Shown here piece after piece: positions 1 through 10,196 of a stretch of 64,000 nt of DNA. The position numbers and the translations under genes are program-made. Source of the stretch: Candidatus Obscuribacterales bacterium (GTDB lineage: Bacteria; Cyanobacteriota; Vampirovibrionia; Obscuribacterales; Obscuribacteraceae); contig CBDDIJ010000002.1 in NCBI GenBank assembly GCA_965228855.1, forward strand, positions 1,344,001-1,408,000. The letters are read 5' to 3'. The notes below the pieces were generated by a model that had not been told where the DNA came from, ran no database searches, and saw only the letters and a program-made list of their open reading frames with translations. Each line of letters begins with the position of its first letter. Within the stretch, counting starts at the first letter, position 1.

Positions 1-108
1 GTCGTAGGTCGCATCATAGACTTTGCTGTAGCCGGTATTCTCCTGAGCCAGGGCTGGCTGACAGACCGTTGCGGCTGTTAAGAGCAATGCTGCAATCGTA
101 GCTTTCAT
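1..108 (-). CDS. 5' end of a secreted protein (runs off the window start)
   Basis: ATG at 108 preceded by AGGAAGGAA. Translates MKATIAALLLTAATVCQPALAQENTGYSKVYDATYD, a Sec signal peptide with an ALA cleavage motif. Confidence 0.7.
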   Translation of the reverse strand, partial: MKATIAALLLTAATVCQPALAQENTGYSKVYDATYD

Positions 109-157
109 ATTTCCTTCCTGTGTTGGAATCTCAGTGAGTAGATTTATCCTACTGCGG

Positions 158-1150
158 TCACCTTTGTTTTAGGCGATGTACGATGTTTCTCAATTTCCAA
201 AAGCGGCTTCGCTCCAAATTCTGCAGTTTCTCTTCGGTGTGAAATAGTTGGCTGCGCACATCATATAGAGTTCTGTTGACGCTTTTCAATTCTCTCTGGG
301 AATTTCTTGCATTGGACCATTCGTTGAGAAAAACTTCCGCGAGGTCGGCATCGGATATGGTGGCAGTAGGGAGTTTTAACTCCTCGCCGCCAAGGGTGTC
401 TGAGCGACGCAGAAGCTCTTCGTAAGTAGACATGCATTCCGGAAAAAATTTCTGAATGATCAGTGCCTGGTTTGCTTTCGTCGAGGTGCGTTCAATTAGT
501 TTTTCATCGAAAATATCAGTTGCCGGTTTCTCCAGACCAAGTGAAAATCGTTCATTTACTCGGTCAACAAACGCACCTGGATTATCGACGATTGTTTGCA
601 GCGCAGCTACGAAACCGCGATCGCTGTTTTTATCCATGAAATTTAAAATGGCGCGATTGTAGCTGGTCCAGGTATCGACAGCGAGTCGGGGTGAATCTTG
701 AAACTCCTGGTCCCCCCTTCGGTAGAGCGAATCTATAACCTCCCATGGTGCGCGATGAACGAATACGAAGTTGGCTTTCGGTAGTCGTTTTGCCCAATAG
801 GGAAGGAACAGCGTTGTACGAGGATCTTTCCAGCCCCACGGCGATGTCGATGCGCTTGTTTCAATTAGCTGGTCGGCTGCGGAACTGAACGACTCTGGCG
901 GTTCGATATCAATTTTTGTGGTCCATCCGAAACGGCTTACTCCGAGAGATTCAAGAACCTGTTCGTGAAAGCGAACAAAGTCGAGGTTCTCGTAAAAGCC
1001 TTTGGCATTTATGCTCTCATGGGCTTCCATGAGTTGCTTGCCGACATCCAGACCGGCTGAATGCAGAATCGACGTCACCAGTGACGTGCCCGAGCGGTGC
1101 ATGCCGATGATTATTAGAGCATTGGAGCCGTCTGTGATTGTCTTCGCCAT
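158..1150 (-). CDS. PAPS-dependent sulfotransferase family protein with C-terminal coiled coil
   Basis: 5'-PSB loop GMHRSGTS, WGWKDPRT, 3'-PB region HRAPWEVIDSL. Heptad-rich tail ending SRFWKLR. Confidence 0.85.
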   Translation of the reverse strand: MAKTITDGSNALIIIGMHRSGTSLVTSILHSAGLDVGKQLMEAHESINAKGFYENLDFVRFHEQVLESLGVSRFGWTTKIDIEPPESFSSAADQLIETSASTSPWGWKDPRTTLFLPYWAKRLPKANFVFVHRAPWEVIDSLYRRGDQEFQDSPRLAVDTWTSYNRAILNFMDKNSDRGFVAALQTIVDNPGAFVDRVNERFSLGLEKPATDIFDEKLIERTSTKANQALIIQKFFPECMSTYEELLRRSDTLGGEELKLPTATISDADLAEVFLNEWSNARNSQRELKSVNRTLYDVRSQLFHTEEKLQNLERSRFWKLRNIVHRLKQR

Positions 1151-1457
1151 TAGGTTTTTCGGGGTCTAAGCTTTTTCTGTCAGGCTCGAGAATTTCGCAC
1201 AGCCGGCTAGTCAAGCATTCGCGATTGGTCGCGAAACGGATTTCATGGGGGATAGTCTACCTGTATAGAGGTCCCATAACTTGAAAAGATTTTTCAATAT
1301 CATGGAGCGAGAGCGCCGCCTGGTCAGGCTCCAGCCGCCTCCAGTGGCAGCATTTGCGTGGTTTGCAGTATTATAGTTCGGCTTACGTTCTTGTCAGCGG
1401 CTAACTGGCAACTCGCCGCTGGTCATTTATTCACAATTTTGAAGTGAGAAACAGACT

Positions 1458-2342
1458 ATGGCGATTTCGTGGAAAAACAAGTCACTGCATTTGACCGAAG
1501 AGCATCGATTCACTGTCGAAGGCGGTTATGTCGAAGATGCGCTGCTCGTGTCGGGGAGCGGATCGGACACGCAGTTCGGCGGATTGTATTATGTGAAGAA
1601 AAGCGGCTGGATGGGCGGTGCGGAAGTCTGGTGCATTGACCGCTTGGGCTCTCGTGGAGTGGACGTCTCTTCTGATATGGTGGTGCGCTCTATCAAGGCG
1701 GAGAGTCATATGATCGCCACTATATATGGTGAGAAAACCGCCAGGGTCGTGGTCAGTGAAAAGGCATCAAACGTTCATGACATGCGTATATTGAACGGTA
1801 AGATTTATGCCGCTTCTACTGGAACCAATGAAATACTGCAACTGAACGAAGATGGCAGTATTGCGAAGACCTGGTCTTTCGGAAGCGGAAAAGACTCATG
1901 GCATATTAACGGTTTAGATATTTGGGACGGCAAGCTGGTGGCGTGTGCGTTCGGAAAGTTCGATGGCGACGGCGCTTACGAAGGGAAAACTAAAGGCGCT
2001 GGTTTGGTATTCGAAGTCGAAACTCAAAAGGACGTCTGGACCGGGCTTTCGGGTCCGCACACCCCTCGATCCGACAGTAAAGGGAATAAATATATCTGCG
2101 ATAGCGGCAGCAATAGACTTGTAATCAATCGGTCTGTTTCCGAGCGCGTTATCGAGTTCCCTGGCGCTTTTCCACGGGGGCTGGCCTTCGGGAAGAATTC
2201 GGTATATGTTGGATTGAACTATCTCAGCGGGCAATCGGGCAACTGCAAAATTGCTGTCCTCGACAATTCTACTTTTGAGAAGACCTCTGAGATTCAGCTT
2301 GATATTCCGGAAATTTACGACCTGGTCGCTACTAACGACTAG
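1458..2342 (+). CDS. DUF4915/TIGR03032-like beta-propeller protein
   Basis: Motifs VHDM, DSWHINGL, GLSGPHTPR, FPRGLAF and EIYDL resemble this family, which is often found in glycan and sulfotransferase loci. Confidence 0.6.
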   Translation: MAISWKNKSLHLTEEHRFTVEGGYVEDALLVSGSGSDTQFGGLYYVKKSGWMGGAEVWCIDRLGSRGVDVSSDMVVRSIKAESHMIATIYGEKTARVVVSEKASNVHDMRILNGKIYAASTGTNEILQLNEDGSIAKTWSFGSGKDSWHINGLDIWDGKLVACAFGKFDGDGAYEGKTKGAGLVFEVETQKDVWTGLSGPHTPRSDSKGNKYICDSGSNRLVINRSVSERVIEFPGAFPRGLAFGKNSVYVGLNYLSGQSGNCKIAVLDNSTFEKTSEIQLDIPEIYDLVATND

Positions 2343-2440
2343 GCTCCTTAGAAATAGCAAGCATTCGGAAATCGCATTAGCGGTACAATGAACCGGCAGC
2401 CAACCTGCTGCGGTCGGATGACCTCGTTAGCCGCGATAAC

Positions 2441-3346
2441 ATGACTGACAGAAAAACTTTTCCGAATTTCCTCGGTATAGGGGCACAGAAAGCCGGCACA
2501 AGCTGGTTGCACGAATGTTTGAAAAAACATTCCGAGATCTGGTTGCCACCCGAAAAGGAAATTCACTACTTTGACCGAAATCCTAAATACTCGACTCCGA
2601 ATTTCTTGCATCCGGATCAGCCTATACTGCGCTTCTTTGGTAAGGAGATGTGGAACGGGATTTATCGAAACAAGTGCAAAGACGTTTTTAAAGATCATCG
2701 AAAAAATCCGGAGATTTTTAGGTGGTACCTGAAGTACCTCTATCTTCCTTGCAGTGATGACTGGTACGCGTCTTTATTCGAACAGGGGAGAAGCAAAATC
2801 AGGGGCGAAATCACTCCTGCGTACTCCGTTCTTGACGCTCAGGACGTGCAGCATGTGCGGGACTTGATGCCGGACTGCAAGATAATCTTCATTCTTAGAA
2901 ATCCCATAGAGCGTGCCTGGTCTCAATTCCGTTTCCTCGTGCGCATGGGAAGAATGAATCCCGATGCGTCATTCGATGAATTCAAAACATGGGTCGATAG
3001 TCCCGACCAGAAAGATAGAAGCGCCTATCTGGATACTATCGATAAGTGGACAGGTGCGTTTTCCAGCGCTCAGGTTTTAACCTGCTTCTATGATGATATC
3101 GTAGCGCAGCCGCAGAACCTGCTCCGCTCTACACTGGAGTTTCTCGGCGCAAAATCTGATGACACTACTATCGGTGCTATATTGCAGCGTGGTCGAGTCA
3201 ATGTCTCTCCGGAAATTGATATACCGGACGAGTTTAAGAAGTACCTCCTGGAGGTCTACGCCTCGGATCTGGTACGGCTCGCCGACAGATTGGGTGGGCC
3301 GGCAACAACCTGGTTGGATGAAGTTCCGAAATCCTTGAGAGTTTAG
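2441..3346 (+). CDS. Sulfotransferase (heparan-sulfate-ST-like Sulfotransfer_1/3 fold)
   Basis: GIGAQKAGTSWL, KEIHYFD, GEITPAY, ILRNPIERAWS. Confidence 0.9.
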   Translation: MTDRKTFPNFLGIGAQKAGTSWLHECLKKHSEIWLPPEKEIHYFDRNPKYSTPNFLHPDQPILRFFGKEMWNGIYRNKCKDVFKDHRKNPEIFRWYLKYLYLPCSDDWYASLFEQGRSKIRGEITPAYSVLDAQDVQHVRDLMPDCKIIFILRNPIERAWSQFRFLVRMGRMNPDASFDEFKTWVDSPDQKDRSAYLDTIDKWTGAFSSAQVLTCFYDDIVAQPQNLLRSTLEFLGAKSDDTTIGAILQRGRVNVSPEIDIPDEFKKYLLEVYASDLVRLADRLGGPATTWLDEVPKSLRV

Positions 3347-3360
3347 AGTTGGTAACTTCA

Positions 3361-4248
3361 ATGAACACCAGAGTTTTGAATTTCCCTGCGTATTCCGTTG
3401 GTCGGCTGTATGTTGACGACGCTCTTGTAGGACAGCGGTTTCTCTGCGAGGCTCGCGATGAGGTTCGCTTTGGCGAACAGGTAAACGTGTGCTTGAAACT
3501 TGCCGCCGAAGCGGTACTTGACCTGTCGTTCTTCAACCGGGCAGGCTTCGAGCATCTAACCGAATTGCATTTACCGGCTGTTGTTGTTTCTCCCGCTCAG
3601 CTTCAATTTGTTTCCTCGCTTGGCTCGCTAAAGCGGCTTAAAATGAGCTATTCTCGTGTTGCCGATGATGCGTATTCGTTTATCTTCAACCTCAAAAACT
3701 TGGAAGAACTCCGGGCCAATTGGACTGACTTGGGAGATGCAGCGCTTGAGAGTATCGGTAAATTGGCACGTCTTGCCGTTCTCGATCTGAGCAAGTCCCG
3801 CGTCACGGATTCCGGCATCATTCACTTGAAGAGCATCCGCGGCTTGAGGACGCTGGTTTTGTGGGATACGAAAGTGAGTGGTGCAGGCTTCGAGGCCCTT
3901 CGTGAAAATGCGCTGCTTTCTGAGATCTGGTTGAGCAGAAGTAAAATTTGCGACCAGCATCTCGGTCAGGTAGCTGCCTTGCCTGGCCTGATCGCGTTGA
4001 GGTTGGCCGAAACCGAAGTTGGCGATGACGGATTGGCGCAGCTTTCGAATGCTGCTCTGTTGACTGATTTGGATATCAGTGACACGCGTGTGACCGATGA
4101 ATGCATTAAATATCTTTTGAAAATCAAAACTCTGAAGCGGCTGCTATTGCGGGATAGCGGGGTCTCGGCGTCGGCAGTGGCGGAACTGCAAAAGCAGCGT
4201 GCGGATCTTGAAATTACCTATCGACCTAGACCGCGATTGACCAGATAG
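3361..4248 (+). CDS. Leucine-rich repeat protein
   Basis: Repeated ~24-aa LxxLxLxxTxVxDxGLxxL units. ATG at 3361 (TTG at 3349 is an alternative). Confidence 0.85.
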   Translation: MNTRVLNFPAYSVGRLYVDDALVGQRFLCEARDEVRFGEQVNVCLKLAAEAVLDLSFFNRAGFEHLTELHLPAVVVSPAQLQFVSSLGSLKRLKMSYSRVADDAYSFIFNLKNLEELRANWTDLGDAALESIGKLARLAVLDLSKSRVTDSGIIHLKSIRGLRTLVLWDTKVSGAGFEALRENALLSEIWLSRSKICDQHLGQVAALPGLIALRLAETEVGDDGLAQLSNAALLTDLDISDTRVTDECIKYLLKIKTLKRLLLRDSGVSASAVAELQKQRADLEITYRPRPRLTR

Positions 4249-4523
4249 CTAAGTGAGAGTGCGTCAATCCTGTTGCAGTTGATCGGTCTTCGTGTCCTGG
4301 TAACAGGTAACAGTCCGCTCGGCGGTTGTTTGTGGGGTGCGATTATGTGCACCGCAGGTGGTGCCGCGAGGAACGATGGCGCGGAAATCCATTCTCCAGT
4401 TGCGCTGAATGTCGATCTGATTGACAAAGCTGGTTTCAACCCAAATAGTTTGCTCTCTGAGCCGGAATCGCTATATGAAGCGATTAAATTATTATGGAGA
4501 TCCAGACTGGACTTCAGGATACA

Positions 4524-5546
4524 ATGTCAAATTCATGGAATTCGCCTGTTTTCAGGCTTATTCCAGGCGGAAAATTTGTTGATTCTAAACTCTGGTTCAC
4601 AAAGAAGATTATGTCGAATTCGATCATCTCGCAAAGCTCCAAGCTGATAAACAAGCTGCTCTCACGCAATCCACGCAACGAAGAAGTGCTGGAACCTCCG
4701 GTGGAGACGGATCCGCAAAAGATTTATCAGGACCTGGACAGTCAGTTTGTCCCTCGCGACCAGGAATACATTAAGCGAACTAAAAACCTGAGACTGCTTC
4801 CCCTTGAACCTTTCCGCAGGGGCGGCAAATATTCGTACGCTGAGTGGTCGCACGTTGTCGGAATTTTTCAGACCATAATGTACATGCATCTGGAAAACAA
4901 ACAGAATAATCGCGTTCTCGATATCGGCTGTGGAACAGGAATCCTGGGAATCGCTGCTGAACCTTTTCTTGGCGAGAGCGGGCATTATGTCGGGATCGAC
5001 GTTCTTAAAGAGGACATCGAATTTTGTACCGAACATTTCCCGAAAGAAACCTATTCATTCCAGCATCTTGATGTGCACAACACCGTTTACACACCAGAGC
5101 AAGCAAGCAAGCACTTGCCGTGGGACCAGCCGGACAACAGTTTCGATCTGGTAACCGCTTTGTCGGTTTGGACACATATGACTGAAGAAACGGCGTTCTA
5201 CTACTTCAAAGAAGTAGCGCGAGTCCTGAAGCCGGGCGGAAAGGCGTTGATTACGTTCTTCCATCTTGATGATTATTACGAGAAAAGCCTGTCACTTCGC
5301 AAAGAAGGCGAAAAGGGCAGATATCACATGACGCCTCAGTCTCGCTGGGTTTTTAAAAATTCGGCATATGAGTCTAAGTATTTCTTTTGCGTTGGAAAAG
5401 TTCCGGAAAATGCAATCGGCATAAATGTCGAGGGTATGGAAAAAATGCAGAATGAAGCCGGTCTCAAGCGAATCGCATACTATCCAGGCAATTGGAAAGA
5501 AATTCCGGGGGCGTACTTTCAAGACGTGATGGTTTTTCAAAAATGA
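4524..5546 (+). CDS. Class I SAM-dependent methyltransferase
   Basis: VLDIGCGTG, FDLVTALSVWTH, RVLKPGG. ATG 4524 follows AGGA. Stop overlaps the next ATG (ATGA). Confidence 0.85.
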   Translation: MSNSWNSPVFRLIPGGKFVDSKLWFTKKIMSNSIISQSSKLINKLLSRNPRNEEVLEPPVETDPQKIYQDLDSQFVPRDQEYIKRTKNLRLLPLEPFRRGGKYSYAEWSHVVGIFQTIMYMHLENKQNNRVLDIGCGTGILGIAAEPFLGESGHYVGIDVLKEDIEFCTEHFPKETYSFQHLDVHNTVYTPEQASKHLPWDQPDNSFDLVTALSVWTHMTEETAFYYFKEVARVLKPGGKALITFFHLDDYYEKSLSLRKEGEKGRYHMTPQSRWVFKNSAYESKYFFCVGKVPENAIGINVEGMEKMQNEAGLKRIAYYPGNWKEIPGAYFQDVMVFQK

Positions 5547-6580
5547 CATCGAGCGCTGAAAAGTCGGATCAGAAGCTGGAATTCGTGAGTGATCAGAAGG
5601 TTGGACCCGTACTGATCATTGGCGGAATGCATAGATCGGGAACATCATTTGTTGCCTCAATGCTTAAGGAAGCTGGTCTGCACGTCGGCGAAAGGCTGAG
5701 CCCAGGCGAGGAAGGAAACACCAAGGGCTTCTTCGAGAATACCGATTTCGTTCATTTGCACGCGCGCATTCTCAAGCACTTTGGTTTTAACGCCTGGAGT
5801 CTTGAGAGTTTTGAAACACTGCCGGATGAGCAGTTGAAGCAGGTTCACGAGGCTGTGAAGGCAAACGCGCAGCCCGGACCGTGGGGGTGGAAGGATCCGA
5901 GAACAACTTTGTTTTTGGAATTTTGGTTGAAAGTTTTTCCTGATGCGAAATTCTTATTCGTCTACCGTGCTCCGTGGGAAGTAGTGGATTCGCTCTTCCG
6001 CCGAGGAGATCAAACTTTTCAAGACGACCCGGTTTTGGCGCTGAAGGTTTGGGATCACTACAACCGTCTTTCTCTCGATTTCTACAATGCTCACCCTGAG
6101 CGCTGTTTGCTCGCGCATGTCGACGCCGTGACCGATGATCCGGCGCCGCTTGTTTCGGCTTTAAACGAGCGTTTCGGTTTGTCGCTGAAAGTTCCGCACT
6201 CGACTTTTGATGAATCGATGCTCGTCAGGGATAAGAAGAAGTCCGGACGCCCTGCACTGATTCGCTCGTGTTTTCCGGAAACATACAAGCTCTGGCTGGC
6301 GCTGGAAGATCAGGCAGATTTGAAACGCAAAGGCGTGCCGCAGGACACGGTCATGCAGACTGTGATTACAGAAACCTCGCCTGAGTTTGCCGAGCAAGTC
6401 TTCAGCGACTGGATGGAAATGCGCAAAGCTCAGCTCGAAGTGAAACGCATGAACAAGACACTGGAAGCCGTTCGCAAAGATCTGGAACAGTCGAACGAGC
6501 ACATCAACTGGATCGAGCAAAGCAGGGTCTGGAAAATTCGAGGTAAGCTCAATGCAATTCGTGAGCTGCTGTCGAAGTAG
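5543..6580 (+). CDS. PAPS-dependent sulfotransferase with C-terminal coiled coil (paralog of 158..1150)
   Basis: GMHRSGTS, WGWKDPRTTLFL, RAPWEVVDSL. Tail ends SRVWKIR. ATGA coupling to the methyltransferase. Confidence 0.85.
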   Translation: MTSSAEKSDQKLEFVSDQKVGPVLIIGGMHRSGTSFVASMLKEAGLHVGERLSPGEEGNTKGFFENTDFVHLHARILKHFGFNAWSLESFETLPDEQLKQVHEAVKANAQPGPWGWKDPRTTLFLEFWLKVFPDAKFLFVYRAPWEVVDSLFRRGDQTFQDDPVLALKVWDHYNRLSLDFYNAHPERCLLAHVDAVTDDPAPLVSALNERFGLSLKVPHSTFDESMLVRDKKKSGRPALIRSCFPETYKLWLALEDQADLKRKGVPQDTVMQTVITETSPEFAEQVFSDWMEMRKAQLEVKRMNKTLEAVRKDLEQSNEHINWIEQSRVWKIRGKLNAIRELLSK

Positions 6581-6655
6581 AGTCCATGCCGTTCTTGGTG
6601 AACGGGAGCGTGGAGCAGCAAAAGGTTAGACACGTTCGAAAAGGCAAATCAACCG

Positions 6656-8128
6656 ATGAGCAACGAAGATGTACGCGTAATATGTTTCTACCTTCCGCAG
6701 TTTCATCCGATTCCGGAAAACGACGCGGCGTGGGGCAAAGGCTACACTGAGTGGCGACGAGTTGTTCAGGCTCGCCCGCATTTCGCGGACCATTATCAAC
6801 CTAGAATTTCAGCCGATTTAGGTTTCTACGATCTTCGTTTAGAAGAAACGCAAATCGCGCAGGCGGAGCTGGCTAAACAGTACGGTGTCGCAGGTTTCTG
6901 TTACTACTATTTCTCGCTTGGTGGCGGTCGGAAACTGTTGGAGCGCCCTATCAATCAGATGTTCGCTAATAAGAAACCAGATTATCCATTTTGCGTGGCA
7001 TGGGCTAACCATCACTGGCGCGCCAATTGGATCGGTAGCGCTGAAGCGATCGCGATGCAAACTTATTCGGAAGAAGATGCTCGCGATTTGATTGATGATT
7101 TGATTCCGATGTTTAAAGACGACCGATACATCAAGGTCGATGGTAAGCCGCTCTTCGTGGTCTATGACACTCGTGCGCTGCCCGACCCGCTCAAGTATTC
7201 CGAGATTTATCGTTCTCGCGCGAAGGCTGCCGGTCTCGATGACCTGTATTTGTGCCGGATGGAGAAGGAAGCAGTTCTCGATCCGAAATCTATCGGCTTC
7301 GATGCTTCAATCGAATTTCCTCCAAGTGGCGTTCGCTCCGTAACTCTAGATGTGGAACCGCTCGATACTACTAGCGGTTTCAAGGGGCGCGTAAATGACT
7401 ACGAGCAAACTGCCTTCTATGCAATCAATCGCGCGGATATCGGTTTTGATCTGATTCGCGGTGTGATGCCGTCGTGGGATAACACCGCGCGTCGCCCCGC
7501 CGATGATGCCACCATATTTCACAACGCTTCGCCGGAAGCCTACGAAAGCTGGCTTGCAGAGGCTGTTGACTGGACTAAGAAAAATCGCAAGGGCGAGGAG
7601 CGCCTTGTGTTTGTTAACGCGTGGAACGAGTGGGGAGAGTCTGCGTATTTGGAACCAGACCTCCGGCATGGGCATAAATACCTGGAAGCGACGCAACGGG
7701 TTTTAAAAGGACAGAGTGGAGATCGTTTTAAATCGATCAGCAACGCGTCCTATGAGTTAAATAAGACAGAACTAAGACACTTATCCGGCAAAACATTACA
7801 GCCTTCTAAGAAAATTGTCGGTTCAATAGATCAGATTGAAAAACGTGACGACAAAATTTGTATCTCCGGCTGGGGATGTGACCAGGAAGCTGCCAGTGAG
7901 CCTTTACACGTTTTGATATTTGAAGATTCAAAACCGATTACGGTCGATCGAACATTTGTATATCGTCCGGATGTGGCCAAGTCGGTTGCGCCGTGCGCCA
8001 CCAGAGCGGGTTTCTACGTCGAGTTCAAGCTTTCCATGCTGTCGCGCCCAGACTGCGCCAACCTTAAGGTGGTTTTGGTTTCGCCTCCTGGGAAGTTCGC
8101 GCTGCTGCCTGTTCCGGCGAAGGTCTAA
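6656..8128 (+). CDS. WbsX-family / GH99-like glycan-processing protein with a C-terminal Ig-like extension
   Basis: FYLPQFHPIPENDAAWGKGYTEW, LGFYDLR, PSWDNTAR, NAWNEWGESAYLEPD. C-terminal GSID..ISGW..RPDV..GF module. Confidence 0.85.
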   Translation: MSNEDVRVICFYLPQFHPIPENDAAWGKGYTEWRRVVQARPHFADHYQPRISADLGFYDLRLEETQIAQAELAKQYGVAGFCYYYFSLGGGRKLLERPINQMFANKKPDYPFCVAWANHHWRANWIGSAEAIAMQTYSEEDARDLIDDLIPMFKDDRYIKVDGKPLFVVYDTRALPDPLKYSEIYRSRAKAAGLDDLYLCRMEKEAVLDPKSIGFDASIEFPPSGVRSVTLDVEPLDTTSGFKGRVNDYEQTAFYAINRADIGFDLIRGVMPSWDNTARRPADDATIFHNASPEAYESWLAEAVDWTKKNRKGEERLVFVNAWNEWGESAYLEPDLRHGHKYLEATQRVLKGQSGDRFKSISNASYELNKTELRHLSGKTLQPSKKIVGSIDQIEKRDDKICISGWGCDQEAASEPLHVLIFEDSKPITVDRTFVYRPDVAKSVAPCATRAGFYVEFKLSMLSRPDCANLKVVLVSPPGKFALLPVPAKV

Positions 8129-8229
8129 ATGTTGTTAATTGTTGAGCCCGTCGTACTTTGCACTATTTTCATGCAGTGCCCCGGGCGTGCGTGATAGCAT
8201 CTTGGAATCTCGAGGACCTTGTCTCACTT

Positions 8230-9123
8230 ATGTTAGAACTGGCAACACCTGATACCCAAAATAGCGAAAAGCTCGCGCCACCACCAGAGGTGCGCGTCGT
8301 GACGGAAACCGTTGCGGAGCGTGGAAGCACCCTCAAAGGTTTTTTGAACCTGTGGAACCACCGCCACCTGGTGGCGCTCATGGTGCAACGCGATTTCCAG
8401 GGACGCTACAAAGGCTCCTTGCTGGGCGCATTGTGGCCGCTGCTCAATCCGGCTGGACACATGGTCATCTATACGTTCTTGTTCAGCGTAGTGCTGCAAG
8501 TTCGTTTCAACACCAATGGTGGCACCGGTGATTTCGCGCTGTATCTGATGTCCGGCTTCTTGCCCTGGACCGCGATGTCTGAAGCGGTTTCACACGCTAC
8601 GACGAAGATTCTGGAACTTCCCAACCTGGTCAAGCGATGCGTATTTCCACTTGAGACTCTTCCTCTCATCGTCGCAATTTCGAGTTTCCTCACCGGCTCC
8701 ATCGCGGTCGCACTACTAATTGTGTTTGCTGCGTTTCGCCAGGGCGGAGTCTCAAGCACAGTCTGTTTGGTTCCATTGATTGTTGTGCCACACTTCCTGT
8801 TCACCTGTGGTCTATCCTGGCTGTTCGCAAGTCTCGGCGTGTTCGTTCGTGATTGCCGTCACTTCATCTCGCTCGGTCTTTCCGCGTGGATGTACATGAC
8901 GCCTATCTTGTATCCGCCCGAGCGCATGCCCGAGCACCTGAAGTTTCTCCTCTATATCAATCCAATGGCAGGAATCATCACTGATTACCGCCACGTGATT
9001 CTCGAGAACAAGATGCCTAACTGGGAGTGGTACGGCATCTATACCGCGCTATCCATCGTGGTTTGCTATCTCGGTTTCAGCTTCTTCTACAAGACTAAAC
9101 ACGGCTTCGCGGATATCGTCTAA
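8230..9123 (+). CDS. wzm: ABC-2 polysaccharide export permease
   Basis: RDFQGRYKGSLLGALW, YMTPILYP, NPMAGII, six TM segments. ATG 8230 follows GAGGA. Confidence 0.9.
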   Translation: MLELATPDTQNSEKLAPPPEVRVVTETVAERGSTLKGFLNLWNHRHLVALMVQRDFQGRYKGSLLGALWPLLNPAGHMVIYTFLFSVVLQVRFNTNGGTGDFALYLMSGFLPWTAMSEAVSHATTKILELPNLVKRCVFPLETLPLIVAISSFLTGSIAVALLIVFAAFRQGGVSSTVCLVPLIVVPHFLFTCGLSWLFASLGVFVRDCRHFISLGLSAWMYMTPILYPPERMPEHLKFLLYINPMAGIITDYRHVILENKMPNWEWYGIYTALSIVVCYLGFSFFYKTKHGFADIV

Positions 9124-9905
9124 TGAGCAAAGATTTTTTTCCAATCGAACTCGAGAACATCTCGAAGAGATACAACATCTACGATCGGCCGATCGACCGA
9201 TTGAAAGAATTTGTGCAACGCAATAAGAGCTACCACAGAGAATTCTGGGCGCTGAAAAACATCAATTTTCAGTTCAAGCAAGAAACAACAGTGTTGCTTG
9301 GAAGAAACGGAAGCGGTAAGTCCACGCTACTTCGCGTGATTGCTAACGTTCTACAACCCACCAGCGGCAAGGTTACATGCCGGGGTCGTGTCACCGCGAT
9401 TCTCGAACTTGGTGCCGGCTTCCAGCCAGAGTATACGGGCCGCGAAAACGCCCTGCTTAACGGGATGTTGCTTGGTATCGAGAAAAAAGAAATGCTCGGG
9501 CTGCTCGATGAAATAGCTGAATTCGCTGAGATTGGCGAATTCTTCGATCAGCCAATTTCAACTTATTCAAGCGGTATGGTCGTGAGACTTGCCTTCGCCT
9601 GCGCTACCAACGTCGATCCCGACATTCTCATTGTTGACGAAGCATTGGCTGTCGGCGACATTCGTTTCGAAAAGAAATGCCGTAGAAGAATGGAAAACCT
9701 TCGCGCTGCAGGGAAGACGATTCTGTTTGTTTCTCACAACATGGGCATGGTCAAATACTTCTGCGATACCGCGGTATTGTTGAATAACGGTGAGATCGTG
9801 GCTACTGGTCCGGTTCTCGATATCGTTCCGCAATACGAAGAAATCATGGAATCGGAAGAAGGTTTCGGCGCGAAACGCGCGTTTGAAGTGCCTAGTTTGG
9901 TTTAG
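9123..9905 (+). CDS. wzt: Polysaccharide export ABC ATPase (no C-terminal carbohydrate-binding domain)
   Basis: GRNGSGKST, YSSGM, ILIVDEALAVGD, VSH. 260 aa. TAATG coupling to wzm. Confidence 0.92.
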   Translation: MSKDFFPIELENISKRYNIYDRPIDRLKEFVQRNKSYHREFWALKNINFQFKQETTVLLGRNGSGKSTLLRVIANVLQPTSGKVTCRGRVTAILELGAGFQPEYTGRENALLNGMLLGIEKKEMLGLLDEIAEFAEIGEFFDQPISTYSSGMVVRLAFACATNVDPDILIVDEALAVGDIRFEKKCRRRMENLRAAGKTILFVSHNMGMVKYFCDTAVLLNNGEIVATGPVLDIVPQYEEIMESEEGFGAKRAFEVPSLV

Positions 9906-9954
9906 AGTGGCTCCACAAAGCCATTAAGACAGACGAAACTGATCTGAACTTAGG

Positions 9955-10176
9955 TCAACTTTGCGGCTTCGCAGAGCGATAGGCTTGCATTCGTTGCTCG
10001 TCATCGGCGTGCCACGGGCGCTTTGCTGGTTTGCCTGACGCCTTGGCCATTGACTGATTCACCATCTGTAGGCGAACCAAATCGACGAGTTTCTTGTCAA
10101 ACGACTCATTAGCTCGTTTCTTGCGAAACTTGGCTTTAGCGCTAATAATTTTGGGGCTTATCTCGTCACTCATCAT
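9955..10176 (-). CDS. Small basic hypothetical protein
   Basis: 73-aa ORF with a helical basic segment AKAKFRKKRANESFDKKLVDLVRLQ. Confidence 0.55.
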   Translation of the reverse strand: MMSDEISPKIISAKAKFRKKRANESFDKKLVDLVRLQMVNQSMAKASGKPAKRPWHADDEQRMQAYRSAKPQS

Positions 10177-10196
10177 CTAGCTTCCGTTTCCATGCT

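Noticed and set aside
617..624. HIP1 octamer GCGATCGC as a cyanobacterial signature
   Set aside because: Only a few copies noticed by eye (near 617, 7046 and 58080), far too sparse for HIP1 enrichment.
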